From an uncultured Clostridia bacterium (GTDB lineage: Bacteria; Bacillota; Clostridia; Christensenellales; CAG-314): a stretch of 64,000 nucleotides of DNA. Under the pieces are notes generated by a model, which did no database searches, was not told where the DNA came from, and worked only from the letters and a program-made list of their open reading frames with translations. Each line of letters opens with the position of its first letter. The stretch's first letter is position 1. Positions 55,790-64,000 of the stretch are shown piece after piece. Made by a program: the position numbers and the translations under genes. The stretch is taken from positions 84,739-148,738 of the forward strand of contig CAKQEP010000001.1 in assembly GCA_934230325.1 (NCBI GenBank), in the 5' to 3' direction.

Positions 55790-56908
55790 TTGAAAATTTT
55801 TGGAATTATCGCAGAATACAACCCTTTTCATAACGGACACCTCAAATTATTGCGGTTTGTTCGCAGTCTTTGCGACGACGCAATTATCGTTTGCGTGATG
55901 TCGGGCAATTTTACCCAACGCGCGCAACCCGCAATTCTCGACAAATACACGCGCGCAAAACACGCAGTTTTGTGCGGCGCGGACGCCGTTGTGGAGTTGC
56001 CCGCTTTTTATGCGACTGCAAGCGCGCATGATTTTGCCGAAGGCGGGATAAAACTGCTCAAAAAAATTAACGCTACGGACATATGCTTTGGTAGCGAATG
56101 CGGCGATATAAAAAAATTGCAAAACCTTGCGGAAAAATCTATTGCCGCCGACGGTAACAAAAAATTAAAAACACTGCTAAAAAAAGGAGAGTCTTACGCA
56201 AAAGCGTTGAGCGACTCCGTTGACGACGTAGACAAAATACTCGACAAACCAAACAATTTGCTTGCCGTAGAGTATTTAAAAGCGATAAAACTTTTTGACG
56301 CAGATATTATCCCGCACACATTAAAACGCGAGGACGATTACAACAGCGAAGATACCGACCAACCTACGTCTTCTTCCGCAATACGCAAAGCCGTAGAAAC
56401 GGGAGTTTTTAAAAATTGCAAAGCGCACGTTCCCGATTGCGTATATTCGGATTTGCAAAACTCCGCTATCGACGCAAAAACCGTATACCAAAGTTTTTTA
56501 CCGCTTAAAATATCCGCAATGACGGCGGAAGAACTTTCGGAAATAAACGGCGTGACGGAAGGTTTGGAAAACAGAATATTAAAGGCGTTAAACCGCGATT
56601 TTGCGCAATTTGCAACGGCAGTCAAAACAAAAAGATTTACTATGGCAAGGATAAACCGATTGCTTTTTGATATTGCCGTAAATCTCACAAAACAGCAGTA
56701 CAAAGCGGCAAAAAAAGAAGATACGCCGATAAATATTCTTGCGGCAAACAAAAACGACAAGGCAATATCTTATTTGTCAAGTTTTACGCAAAAACCTGTC
56801 GATTGTCCGATTTTAACGGAAATACAGTCAAAAACAGACCGTTTATACTATACTATTACACAAATAGTAGTTAAAAATAGCGATATTAACAAGTTGCGAA
56901 AGTACTAA
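55790..56908 (+). CDS. tmcAL: tRNA(Met) cytidine acetate ligase TmcAL (YlbM/UPF0348 nucleotidyltransferase)
   Basis: TTG start. The N-terminus MKIFGIIAEYNPFHNGHL matches the YlbM/TmcAL HxGH-type motif. Confidence 0.85.
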   Translation: MKIFGIIAEYNPFHNGHLKLLRFVRSLCDDAIIVCVMSGNFTQRAQPAILDKYTRAKHAVLCGADAVVELPAFYATASAHDFAEGGIKLLKKINATDICFGSECGDIKKLQNLAEKSIAADGNKKLKTLLKKGESYAKALSDSVDDVDKILDKPNNLLAVEYLKAIKLFDADIIPHTLKREDDYNSEDTDQPTSSSAIRKAVETGVFKNCKAHVPDCVYSDLQNSAIDAKTVYQSFLPLKISAMTAEELSEINGVTEGLENRILKALNRDFAQFATAVKTKRFTMARINRLLFDIAVNLTKQQYKAAKKEDTPINILAANKNDKAISYLSSFTQKPVDCPILTEIQSKTDRLYYTITQIVVKNSDINKLRKY

Positions 56909-56946
56909 AAAGCATTAAACCGCAGACAAAATCATATCTTTACGAT

Positions 56947-57876
56947 ATGAAAAAGCAGTACCGCGCGGTAGAATACGTTATATTTTTTGTTGCTCTGTCC
57001 GCAATGGCGGCATTGCTTTTTGACGCCGCGCATTACTCTGATATCGTTGTCGACGCATTAAAAACATGGGCGTTTAACGTGTTGCCTTGCTTGTTTCCTT
57101 ACTTTGTCTTTTCTTCCGTCATCACTAATCTCGATTGTACCAAACGCATAGCAAAAATTTTTTTGCCTTTTGCCGATTTTTATCGACTTAATCCCGTCGC
57201 TGGTTACGTATTTTTTTTAAATCTCGTGAGCGGCTACCCTATCGGCGTAAAAACGGCTTGCGACTTAAAAACGCAAAACTTTATCTCGCTTAACGAGTGC
57301 GAAGATATATGTTCTTCCTGCAATTTTGCAGGTTGCGGCTTTGTTTTGGGTACTGTCGCAGTATTTTTTAACAGCGTAAAAATCGCCTTGATTATTTACG
57401 CAAGCGTCGTTGCGGGCGCATTGATTAACGGTTTGATTTTTCTTCCTAAAAAAAATTCTTTTAAAAATCAAATCGATTTTAAAAAAACTCCTCTTTCTCC
57501 TTCCTTGTTGTCGGACAGCATATATTCCGCCGCGCAAAGCATAATCAACGTAGGCGCAACCATAATAGTTTTTTGCATTTTAGCAGAAATTTTTACTCGT
57601 TTTTTGCCCGATAACTCAACGTCAAAAATCATATTTAAAGGAATAATCGAAATGACGAGCGGCATTAAAGCGGCAGCAGCAATGCAAAATACTTTTTTTG
57701 GCGTTCTCTTCGCCTGTTTTTTTGTCAGTTTCGGCGGGTTGTGCGTTTTTATGCAATGCTTTGTTTTTTGGCAGAAAGTCGGCGTAAACGCCTTTAAAAT
57801 GCTTGCAAAAAAGACAACCCAAGCGGTTGTCTCTGTTGTTGTTTGTTTAATTTTATATATCGTTTTTATTGATTGA
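56947..57876 (+). CDS. ylbJ: Sporulation integral membrane protein YlbJ-like (nucleoside-recognition/Gate-type)
   Basis: 309-aa polytopic membrane protein. Neighbourhood (tmcAL/ylbM, coaD, rsmD) matches the B. subtilis ylb locus. Assigned mainly from context. Confidence 0.55.
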   Translation: MKKQYRAVEYVIFFVALSAMAALLFDAAHYSDIVVDALKTWAFNVLPCLFPYFVFSSVITNLDCTKRIAKIFLPFADFYRLNPVAGYVFFLNLVSGYPIGVKTACDLKTQNFISLNECEDICSSCNFAGCGFVLGTVAVFFNSVKIALIIYASVVAGALINGLIFLPKKNSFKNQIDFKKTPLSPSLLSDSIYSAAQSIINVGATIIVFCILAEIFTRFLPDNSTSKIIFKGIIEMTSGIKAAAAMQNTFFGVLFACFFVSFGGLCVFMQCFVFWQKVGVNAFKMLAKKTTQAVVSVVVCLILYIVFID

Positions 57877-58870
57877 CGGCAGGCAATAAATCGTACAACT
57901 CGTATATGAGTTTTTCCGTGCTGTCCCAGTCCAGACACTCGTCGGTTTTGGATACTCCATACTCGTTTTGCGCCGTTCCGCCGTGAATGTAACTCTCCAA
58001 CATAATCCCGCGCACGTCGGTGTTTTTGACCGCGTTGATTGCGTTGCGAATTTGGTTTACGGCGCATTTTCCGCTGTTTGCGTGGCTGCAATCTACCATA
58101 ACAAAATCGTTGTCGATATTTAGCGCCGCGCATTCTTCTCTCAATTTATCCACGTCTTTTTGCTCGCAATTACGATAAAAACGCCCTTCCGCGTCTATCG
58201 AACCGCGCAAAACGCCGTGTGAGTAACGGTTGCCGGAAGTAGTAATTTCCAACCCGTTGTATATAAAGGTTTTTGGAGTGGTAACGGCGTGTATACTACC
58301 CGCAAGACAAGTCAAGTCGCCCGACAAATCGTTTTTTACGCCTACGGCTACGTCCAACGCGCTTGCTATGTTGCGAAAATACGGACTGTCCGATTGTCTT
58401 GCGCCTAAAAAGTAGTAACTGATAAGGTCGGAATTATAACTGACCTGCTCGCCGTACAGCAATTCTTCCGCCAAAGGAAGTCCCGTTTTTGCAATGCACG
58501 ACGCAAGCATACGTCGCGCGGCGGAAACGCCTCTTTTTATATCTATGACGTCGCCGTCCGGCTGAAACATCATACCGAGATAACCGTCGCCCGTGCTACG
58601 CGCTTTTGCCGTATAAACTCTCGGCATCAAAAAAATCTTGTCTTTTATCTTAATATGCAACGCCTTAAGTTTTTCGCAAAAATCAAGCACTGCGTCGGTA
58701 TTGTCGGCGCTACACGGTCCGCACACAATCAAAAAACGCTTGTCTTGTCCGTCGATAATGTTTTTTACCGTTTCGTCGTTGGCAATTTTGACCTTGCGGC
58801 ACAACTTATCCAACTTTATTTTTTTACGCAATTTGTGCGGTGACAACAATTTGTTGTATTTAGTAATCAT
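57866..58870 (-). CDS. 3-deoxy-7-phosphoheptulonate (DAHP) synthase, class I AroF/G/H type
   Basis: RFLIVCGPCS, KARS..GDGY and other class I features. I prefer ATG 58870 (GGAGG 8 nt upstream, ATGA overlap with the coaD stop). Confidence 0.88.
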   Translation of the reverse strand: MITKYNKLLSPHKLRKKIKLDKLCRKVKIANDETVKNIIDGQDKRFLIVCGPCSADNTDAVLDFCEKLKALHIKIKDKIFLMPRVYTAKARSTGDGYLGMMFQPDGDVIDIKRGVSAARRMLASCIAKTGLPLAEELLYGEQVSYNSDLISYYFLGARQSDSPYFRNIASALDVAVGVKNDLSGDLTCLAGSIHAVTTPKTFIYNGLEITTSGNRYSHGVLRGSIDAEGRFYRNCEQKDVDKLREECAALNIDNDFVMVDCSHANSGKCAVNQIRNAINAVKNTDVRGIMLESYIHGGTAQNEYGVSKTDECLDWDSTEKLIYELYDLLPAVNQ

Positions 58871-59346
58871 TTTAACGCCTCCGTTATTTCGTCTTTGACG
58901 CACTCGGGAACAAAGCCGTCGATACTTGCGCCATAACTCAATAGTTCTCTGACCGCGCTACTACTGATATACTCATACTCGGGCGCGGCAAACATCAAAA
59001 AGGTTTCCAGCCCGAAATTTTTGCGGTTTATTATTGCCATATCTTTTTCATAAAAAAAATCGGCGGTGTTTCTGACTGATTTAATTATAAAATCAGCCGA
59101 TTCTTTCTTGCAGAAATCGGCAAGCAAACCGTCAAACGGTTTTACTTGTACGTTTTTTAAGCCGCAAGCGCAAACGGCTTTTTTTATCATGTTTACTTTC
59201 TTGTCAGTCGATATTAAAACGGTTTTGTTTACGTTTTGAGTCACGCCGACTACGAGCGTATCGCAAAGCGCCGCCGCTCTTTTGATAATATCGAGATGTC
59301 CCGTCGTTATCGGGCAAAAAGAACCTGCAAAAACAGCGGTTTTCAT
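58867..59346 (-). CDS. coaD: Pantetheine-phosphate adenylyltransferase
   Basis: 159 aa with FAGSFCPITTGHLDII (the GSFDPxTxGH-type motif). Confidence 0.95.
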   Translation of the reverse strand: MKTAVFAGSFCPITTGHLDIIKRAAALCDTLVVGVTQNVNKTVLISTDKKVNMIKKAVCACGLKNVQVKPFDGLLADFCKKESADFIIKSVRNTADFFYEKDMAIINRKNFGLETFLMFAAPEYEYISSSAVRELLSYGASIDGFVPECVKDEITEALK

Positions 59347-59894
59347 TGAACATCTCCCAAATATTGATAAAAACTAAATCCGCATTTACCCATATTTTTA
59401 ACTCTGTATTTTGAAAGATTGCCTACCTTATCGGGCAAATCTTCCTCTCTGCTATGCTCGCAAACGACGATTGCGTCAACGTTTAATACGTCGCTACGGT
59501 CAAGCCGTTTGAGAATATTAAAGTACATGTCCGACTGATACGGCGGATCGGCAAAAACGATATCGAATTTTTCCTTAATACCGCTTATTGCCGAGTCAAA
59601 CGGCATATTGACTATTGCAACGTCGTTAATACAGCCGCATTTAACGCAATTTTGCTTGATTATTTTTGTCGCTTCTTTGTTTATATCGACAAAAACCACT
59701 TTGTTTGCGCCTCTGCTCAAGGCTTCAATCCCCAAATTGCCGCTGCCCGCAAACAAGTCGAGCACGTTTTTCTCAGGAATATCAAACTGCAAAATATTAA
59801 ACAGCGTTTCCTTCGTGCGGTCGAGCGTCGGGCGCAAATCCGTTTTGGGAACGTCGAGATTGCGTCCTTTAAACTTTCCTGCGATTACTCTCAT
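59343..59894 (-). CDS. rsmD: 16S rRNA (guanine966-N2)-methyltransferase
   Basis: 183 aa with MRVIAGKFKGR, the SAM motif DLFAGSGNLGIEALSRGA, and the DPPY motif. Confidence 0.9.
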   Translation of the reverse strand: MRVIAGKFKGRNLDVPKTDLRPTLDRTKETLFNILQFDIPEKNVLDLFAGSGNLGIEALSRGANKVVFVDINKEATKIIKQNCVKCGCINDVAIVNMPFDSAISGIKEKFDIVFADPPYQSDMYFNILKRLDRSDVLNVDAIVVCEHSREEDLPDKVGNLSKYRVKNMGKCGFSFYQYLGDVQ

Positions 59895-59901
59895 TTAGTC
59901 C

Positions 59902-60876
59902 TCAATACTTGTCGATAAACACCGTTTTTTGAGCGCCGATAACTTCCGTCAAAGGACAATCGCAAGGCAAGCCGAATGCGGCGCGCAACAAATCTTGCGA
60001 AGAAACTTCAAAGTCAAAACTGTCTGCCGTCGTGACGGAGGGAACGCCGCGTTTTATTTTAAGCGACAAAACAGCCTCTACTTGCGGCATATAACGGTCC
60101 ACTACCTTAAATTTAAAATCTCCGTCGGCAATATAAACTATACTGTCCAGCAACTTTGTCGCGTTGACAAGCCTTGCCATAACGTACGGATTGTCTTGTT
60201 TAGAAAAATCGGTTATTGTTTTTCCGTCAAGTTTTTTGACTCCGTTTAAGACCGATACTTCTCCGACGACTTCCTCGATTTCTTTGTCGGACATGGCTAT
60301 ATAGCAAATTTTGCCGTCCCTTTCATAAATTTCGGGCTCGATGCCTTCGCATGCCCAACGCTCCGTGATTTTTGCGACTTCTTTAGTGTTTCTGTATTGA
60401 CAAAAATCAAAGTGACTCTGCAGATATTCGTTAAAAAAGTTTGACATTTCTTCCGCGTCAAAAGTGATGCGGCGCGCGTCGTTGCCGTCGTATTTAAGAG
60501 TAGTTTCGCCAGCAAACGATATATCGATAAATCCCATCTTGTAATACATTTCTCTCTCTTGCGGATAAAGCATCACAAACGGCGTATTTGTTTCGATTAA
60601 ACGCAACATCGTCTTTTTAAACAGTTTTTTAAAGTAACCTTGCCCGCGATATTCTTTTAGCGTGGCAGCGCCGACGATAAAAGGTAAACGCCATATACGG
60701 TCATGAAAGGCAATGTTTTTGGGCATAAGATGCAACGCGCTTATTACTTTACCGTTGTCGGTATAACTGACGACGTTTTTGCTTATGTAATACTGCGTAA
60801 AAAAGTTGTTTATAAATTGTTCGGAATCGTCAAAACTTTTTTTGTATAAATTGACTAATTGAATTTTTTTAGACAT
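59902..60876 (-). CDS. GNAT-family N-acetyltransferase with an extra C-terminal domain (Eis-like architecture)
   Basis: 324 aa. The acetyl-CoA motif region reads VGAATLKEYRGQGYFKKLFKKTM. The C-terminal ~170 aa are of unclear fold. Confidence 0.55.
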   Translation of the reverse strand: MSKKIQLVNLYKKSFDDSEQFINNFFTQYYISKNVVSYTDNGKVISALHLMPKNIAFHDRIWRLPFIVGAATLKEYRGQGYFKKLFKKTMLRLIETNTPFVMLYPQEREMYYKMGFIDISFAGETTLKYDGNDARRITFDAEEMSNFFNEYLQSHFDFCQYRNTKEVAKITERWACEGIEPEIYERDGKICYIAMSDKEIEEVVGEVSVLNGVKKLDGKTITDFSKQDNPYVMARLVNATKLLDSIVYIADGDFKFKVVDRYMPQVEAVLSLKIKRGVPSVTTADSFDFEVSSQDLLRAAFGLPCDCPLTEVIGAQKTVFIDKY

Positions 60877-60925
60877 CGTTAATCACCTTTAATATTATTT
60901 TATCATACAATTTGGGTTTACATAA

Positions 60926-60954
60926 TTGCAATAGTAAGTTTTTTGTGTTAAAAT
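60926..60954 (+). promoter_or_regulatory. Candidate promoter of the 151-aa membrane protein gene
   Basis: Plus strand reads TTGCAA (60926-60931), a 17-nt spacer, then TGtTAAAAT (-10 at 60949-60954). Confidence 0.4.
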
Positions 60955-60972
60955 TCCATTGAGAGGTTTTTC

Positions 60973-61428
60973 ATGAATCGTTTCAGGTACAAATTGAGCG
61001 TTGCCGTAAAGGTCGGTATTATTACGCTGATACTCGCTTGGGCTTTTGGCGCGGTTGTTTCTGTGATAAGGTTGTTTAACCAAAACAAATACGCAGGCTC
61101 GGTTGCGGCAGACGTAACAATCATAGTAATGGCTGTCGTTTTTATCGTCGTTTTGTTTATGGTGTACTTTATGCGGTACAAAATCGACAAAACGGGAATA
61201 AAACTAATGATAGGTTTTGTTCCGCTTTTAAAAAAACAACTGTCGTTTGACAACGTAAAAGCGATAATTTACAGCGTAAAGCAACAAAAACTGTTTGTTT
61301 CCAACAATATCGATACCGATACGCCCACCGGCACGGCAATAAATATTTCGCCCGCCGAGTTTAACGCTTTTGTACAATGCATACGACAACAAAACGTACC
61401 CTACGACTATATAGAAGATATCGATTGA
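60973..61428 (+). CDS. Hypothetical membrane protein (two TM helices plus a small C-terminal domain, possibly bacterial PH-like)
   Basis: 151 aa with GAGAGG RBS and its own promoter and terminator. No recognisable catalytic motif. Confidence 0.5.
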   Translation: MNRFRYKLSVAVKVGIITLILAWAFGAVVSVIRLFNQNKYAGSVAADVTIIVMAVVFIVVLFMVYFMRYKIDKTGIKLMIGFVPLLKKQLSFDNVKAIIYSVKQQKLFVSNNIDTDTPTGTAINISPAEFNAFVQCIRQQNVPYDYIEDID

Positions 61429-61455
61429 AACGGCGAAAAAATACTCGCCGTTTTT

Positions 61456-61457
<2 letters not shown>
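61429..61457 (+). terminator. Rho-independent terminator (shared hairpin between convergent genes)
   Basis: Plus strand reads AACGGCGA-aaaaaatac-TCGCCGTT followed by TTTTTT. The obg stop codon (61456-61458) lies in the T tract. Confidence 0.7.
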
Positions 61458-63370
<1,913 letters not shown>

Positions 63371-63423
63371 TTATTTAATTATACAACAATAGTGTGGATT
63401 TTACACGCAATTTTAAAGAATAT

Positions 63424-63675
63424 TTATAAACGAGTAACTAAAATCTTTCCGCCTATCTGCGTCGCTCTAAACATTCCGTAATGATTTGAAACTCCGCGCA
63501 AAACGCCGCGTACTTTGTTTAAACTGTTTTCGTTAAATTTTATGCTCAATCCGCAACCAACGTTTGCAGAAGACGGCGTACTGATAATGGCGCACGCAAC
63601 CCCCGTTTCGCGCAAGATTTCAAAAGCGCGATAAGCCGTATTTCTTCCGGAAAATGCCACAAATAAATAGGTCAT
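63424..63675 (-). CDS. DUF3343-like small protein
   Basis: 83 aa. The AYRAFEILRETGV...TPSSANVGCGLSIKF pattern resembles DUF3343. Divergently paired with a class-V aminotransferase/cysteine desulfurase gene. Confidence 0.55.
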   Translation of the reverse strand: MTYLFVAFSGRNTAYRAFEILRETGVACAIISTPSSANVGCGLSIKFNENSLNKVRGVLRGVSNHYGMFRATQIGGKILVTRL

Positions 63676-63761
63676 AATTTCTCCTTTTTAAAGTATGTAT
63701 ATCATACGGCAACTCTTTAATATACTATACTGATTTTTTTTAAAAAACGTGCGGAGGTGTA

Positions 63762-64000
63762 ATGATTTATTTTGATAACGCGGCTACTACTTACTTTAAG
63801 CCGCAAGAAGTGCTTGACGCTTACTTAACAGGAGCAACAAAATACAGCGTAAATCCAAACAGAAGTTTTAACAATCTTACAGCAAGGCTGTCGGAATTGA
63901 TTTTAAATACGAGAAAAAAAGCGGCGCTTAAAGTTAACTGCAAAAATCCGCTAAACGTCGTTTTTGGTCTTAACTGCACGGACGCGCTAAACCTCGCTAT
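63762..64000 (+). CDS. Class-V aminotransferase / cysteine desulfurase family protein, N-terminal fragment (runs off the window end)
   Basis: Manual translation from ATG 63762 (GGAGG at 63753-63757) gives MIYFDNAATTYFKPQEVLDAYLTGATKYSVNPNRS...VVFGLNCTDALNLA, the typical N-terminus of this family. Confidence 0.75.
   Translation, partial: MIYFDNAATTYFKPQEVLDAYLTGATKYSVNPNRSFNNLTARLSELILNTRKKAALKVNCKNPLNVVFGLNCTDALNLA

Noticed and set aside
57866-57876. Convergent 11-nt overlap of the ylbJ and DAHP synthase 3' ends with no terminator between them.
   Set aside because: Short convergent overlaps are common in compact genomes. I found no hairpin or other signal, so it is not reported as a finding.
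57468-58133. 221-aa minus-strand ORF, very Arg/Lys-rich, spanning the ylbJ 3' half (antisense) and the DAHP synthase 3' end (out of frame).
   Set aside because: It overlaps two well-supported genes, has a highly basic low-complexity composition typical of off-frame or antisense translation, and has no RBS.

Overview
This 64-kb window is a chromosomal segment from an endospore-forming Bacillota organism. The Clostridia-like gene order (uppS-cdsA-dxr-rseP-ispG-[polC position]-rimP-nusA-infB) and a complete spoIIIAA-AH operon support that. All calls were made by eye from the ORF track and manual translation, with no alignments or database searches. I call 74 protein-coding genes, 70 of them on the minus strand, packed tightly with many 1-14 nt overlaps, which fits a leading-strand housekeeping block. 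Contents, left to right:
- Sporulation and translation factors: Asp23-like fragment, spoIIIAA-AH, efp, an M24 peptidase, an endonuclease-IV-like protein, ribF, truB, nrnA, rbfA, infB, ylxR, nusA, rimP.
- A 531-aa PolC-derived protein, then ispG, rseP, dxr, cdsA, uppS, frr, pyrH, tsf, rpsB.
- A DUF1292 protein, ruvX, then an Fe-S cluster unit (Rrf2-NifS fusion, NifU, small ORF).
- glyA, trxA, rseC-like, aspS, hslUV, trmFO, topA, dprA, a YifB/ComM ATPase.
- rplS, yraN, rnhB, rbgA, trmD, rimM, a KH protein, rpsP, ffh, ylxM, ftsY, smc, rnc, plsX, rpmF, ackA, pta.
- tmcAL, ylbJ, DAHP synthase, coaD, rsmD, a GNAT protein, a membrane protein, obg, nth, a DUF3343 protein and a partial class-V cysteine desulfurase.

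I found no rRNA, tRNA, CRISPR array, transposase, integrase, prophage or defence-island signature, and no convincing novel multi-gene system. This is an ordinary core region. The items most worth a second look are single-gene architectural oddities:
1. A PolC reduced to N-terminal + OB + exonuclease domains at the conserved polC locus.
2. An in-frame Rrf2-regulator/NifS cysteine-desulfurase fusion, with a perfect palindrome over its own -35 element.
3. A DUF1292 protein carrying a 62-residue tail with 18 cysteines.

Several promoters, terminators and leader hairpins are also readable by eye.
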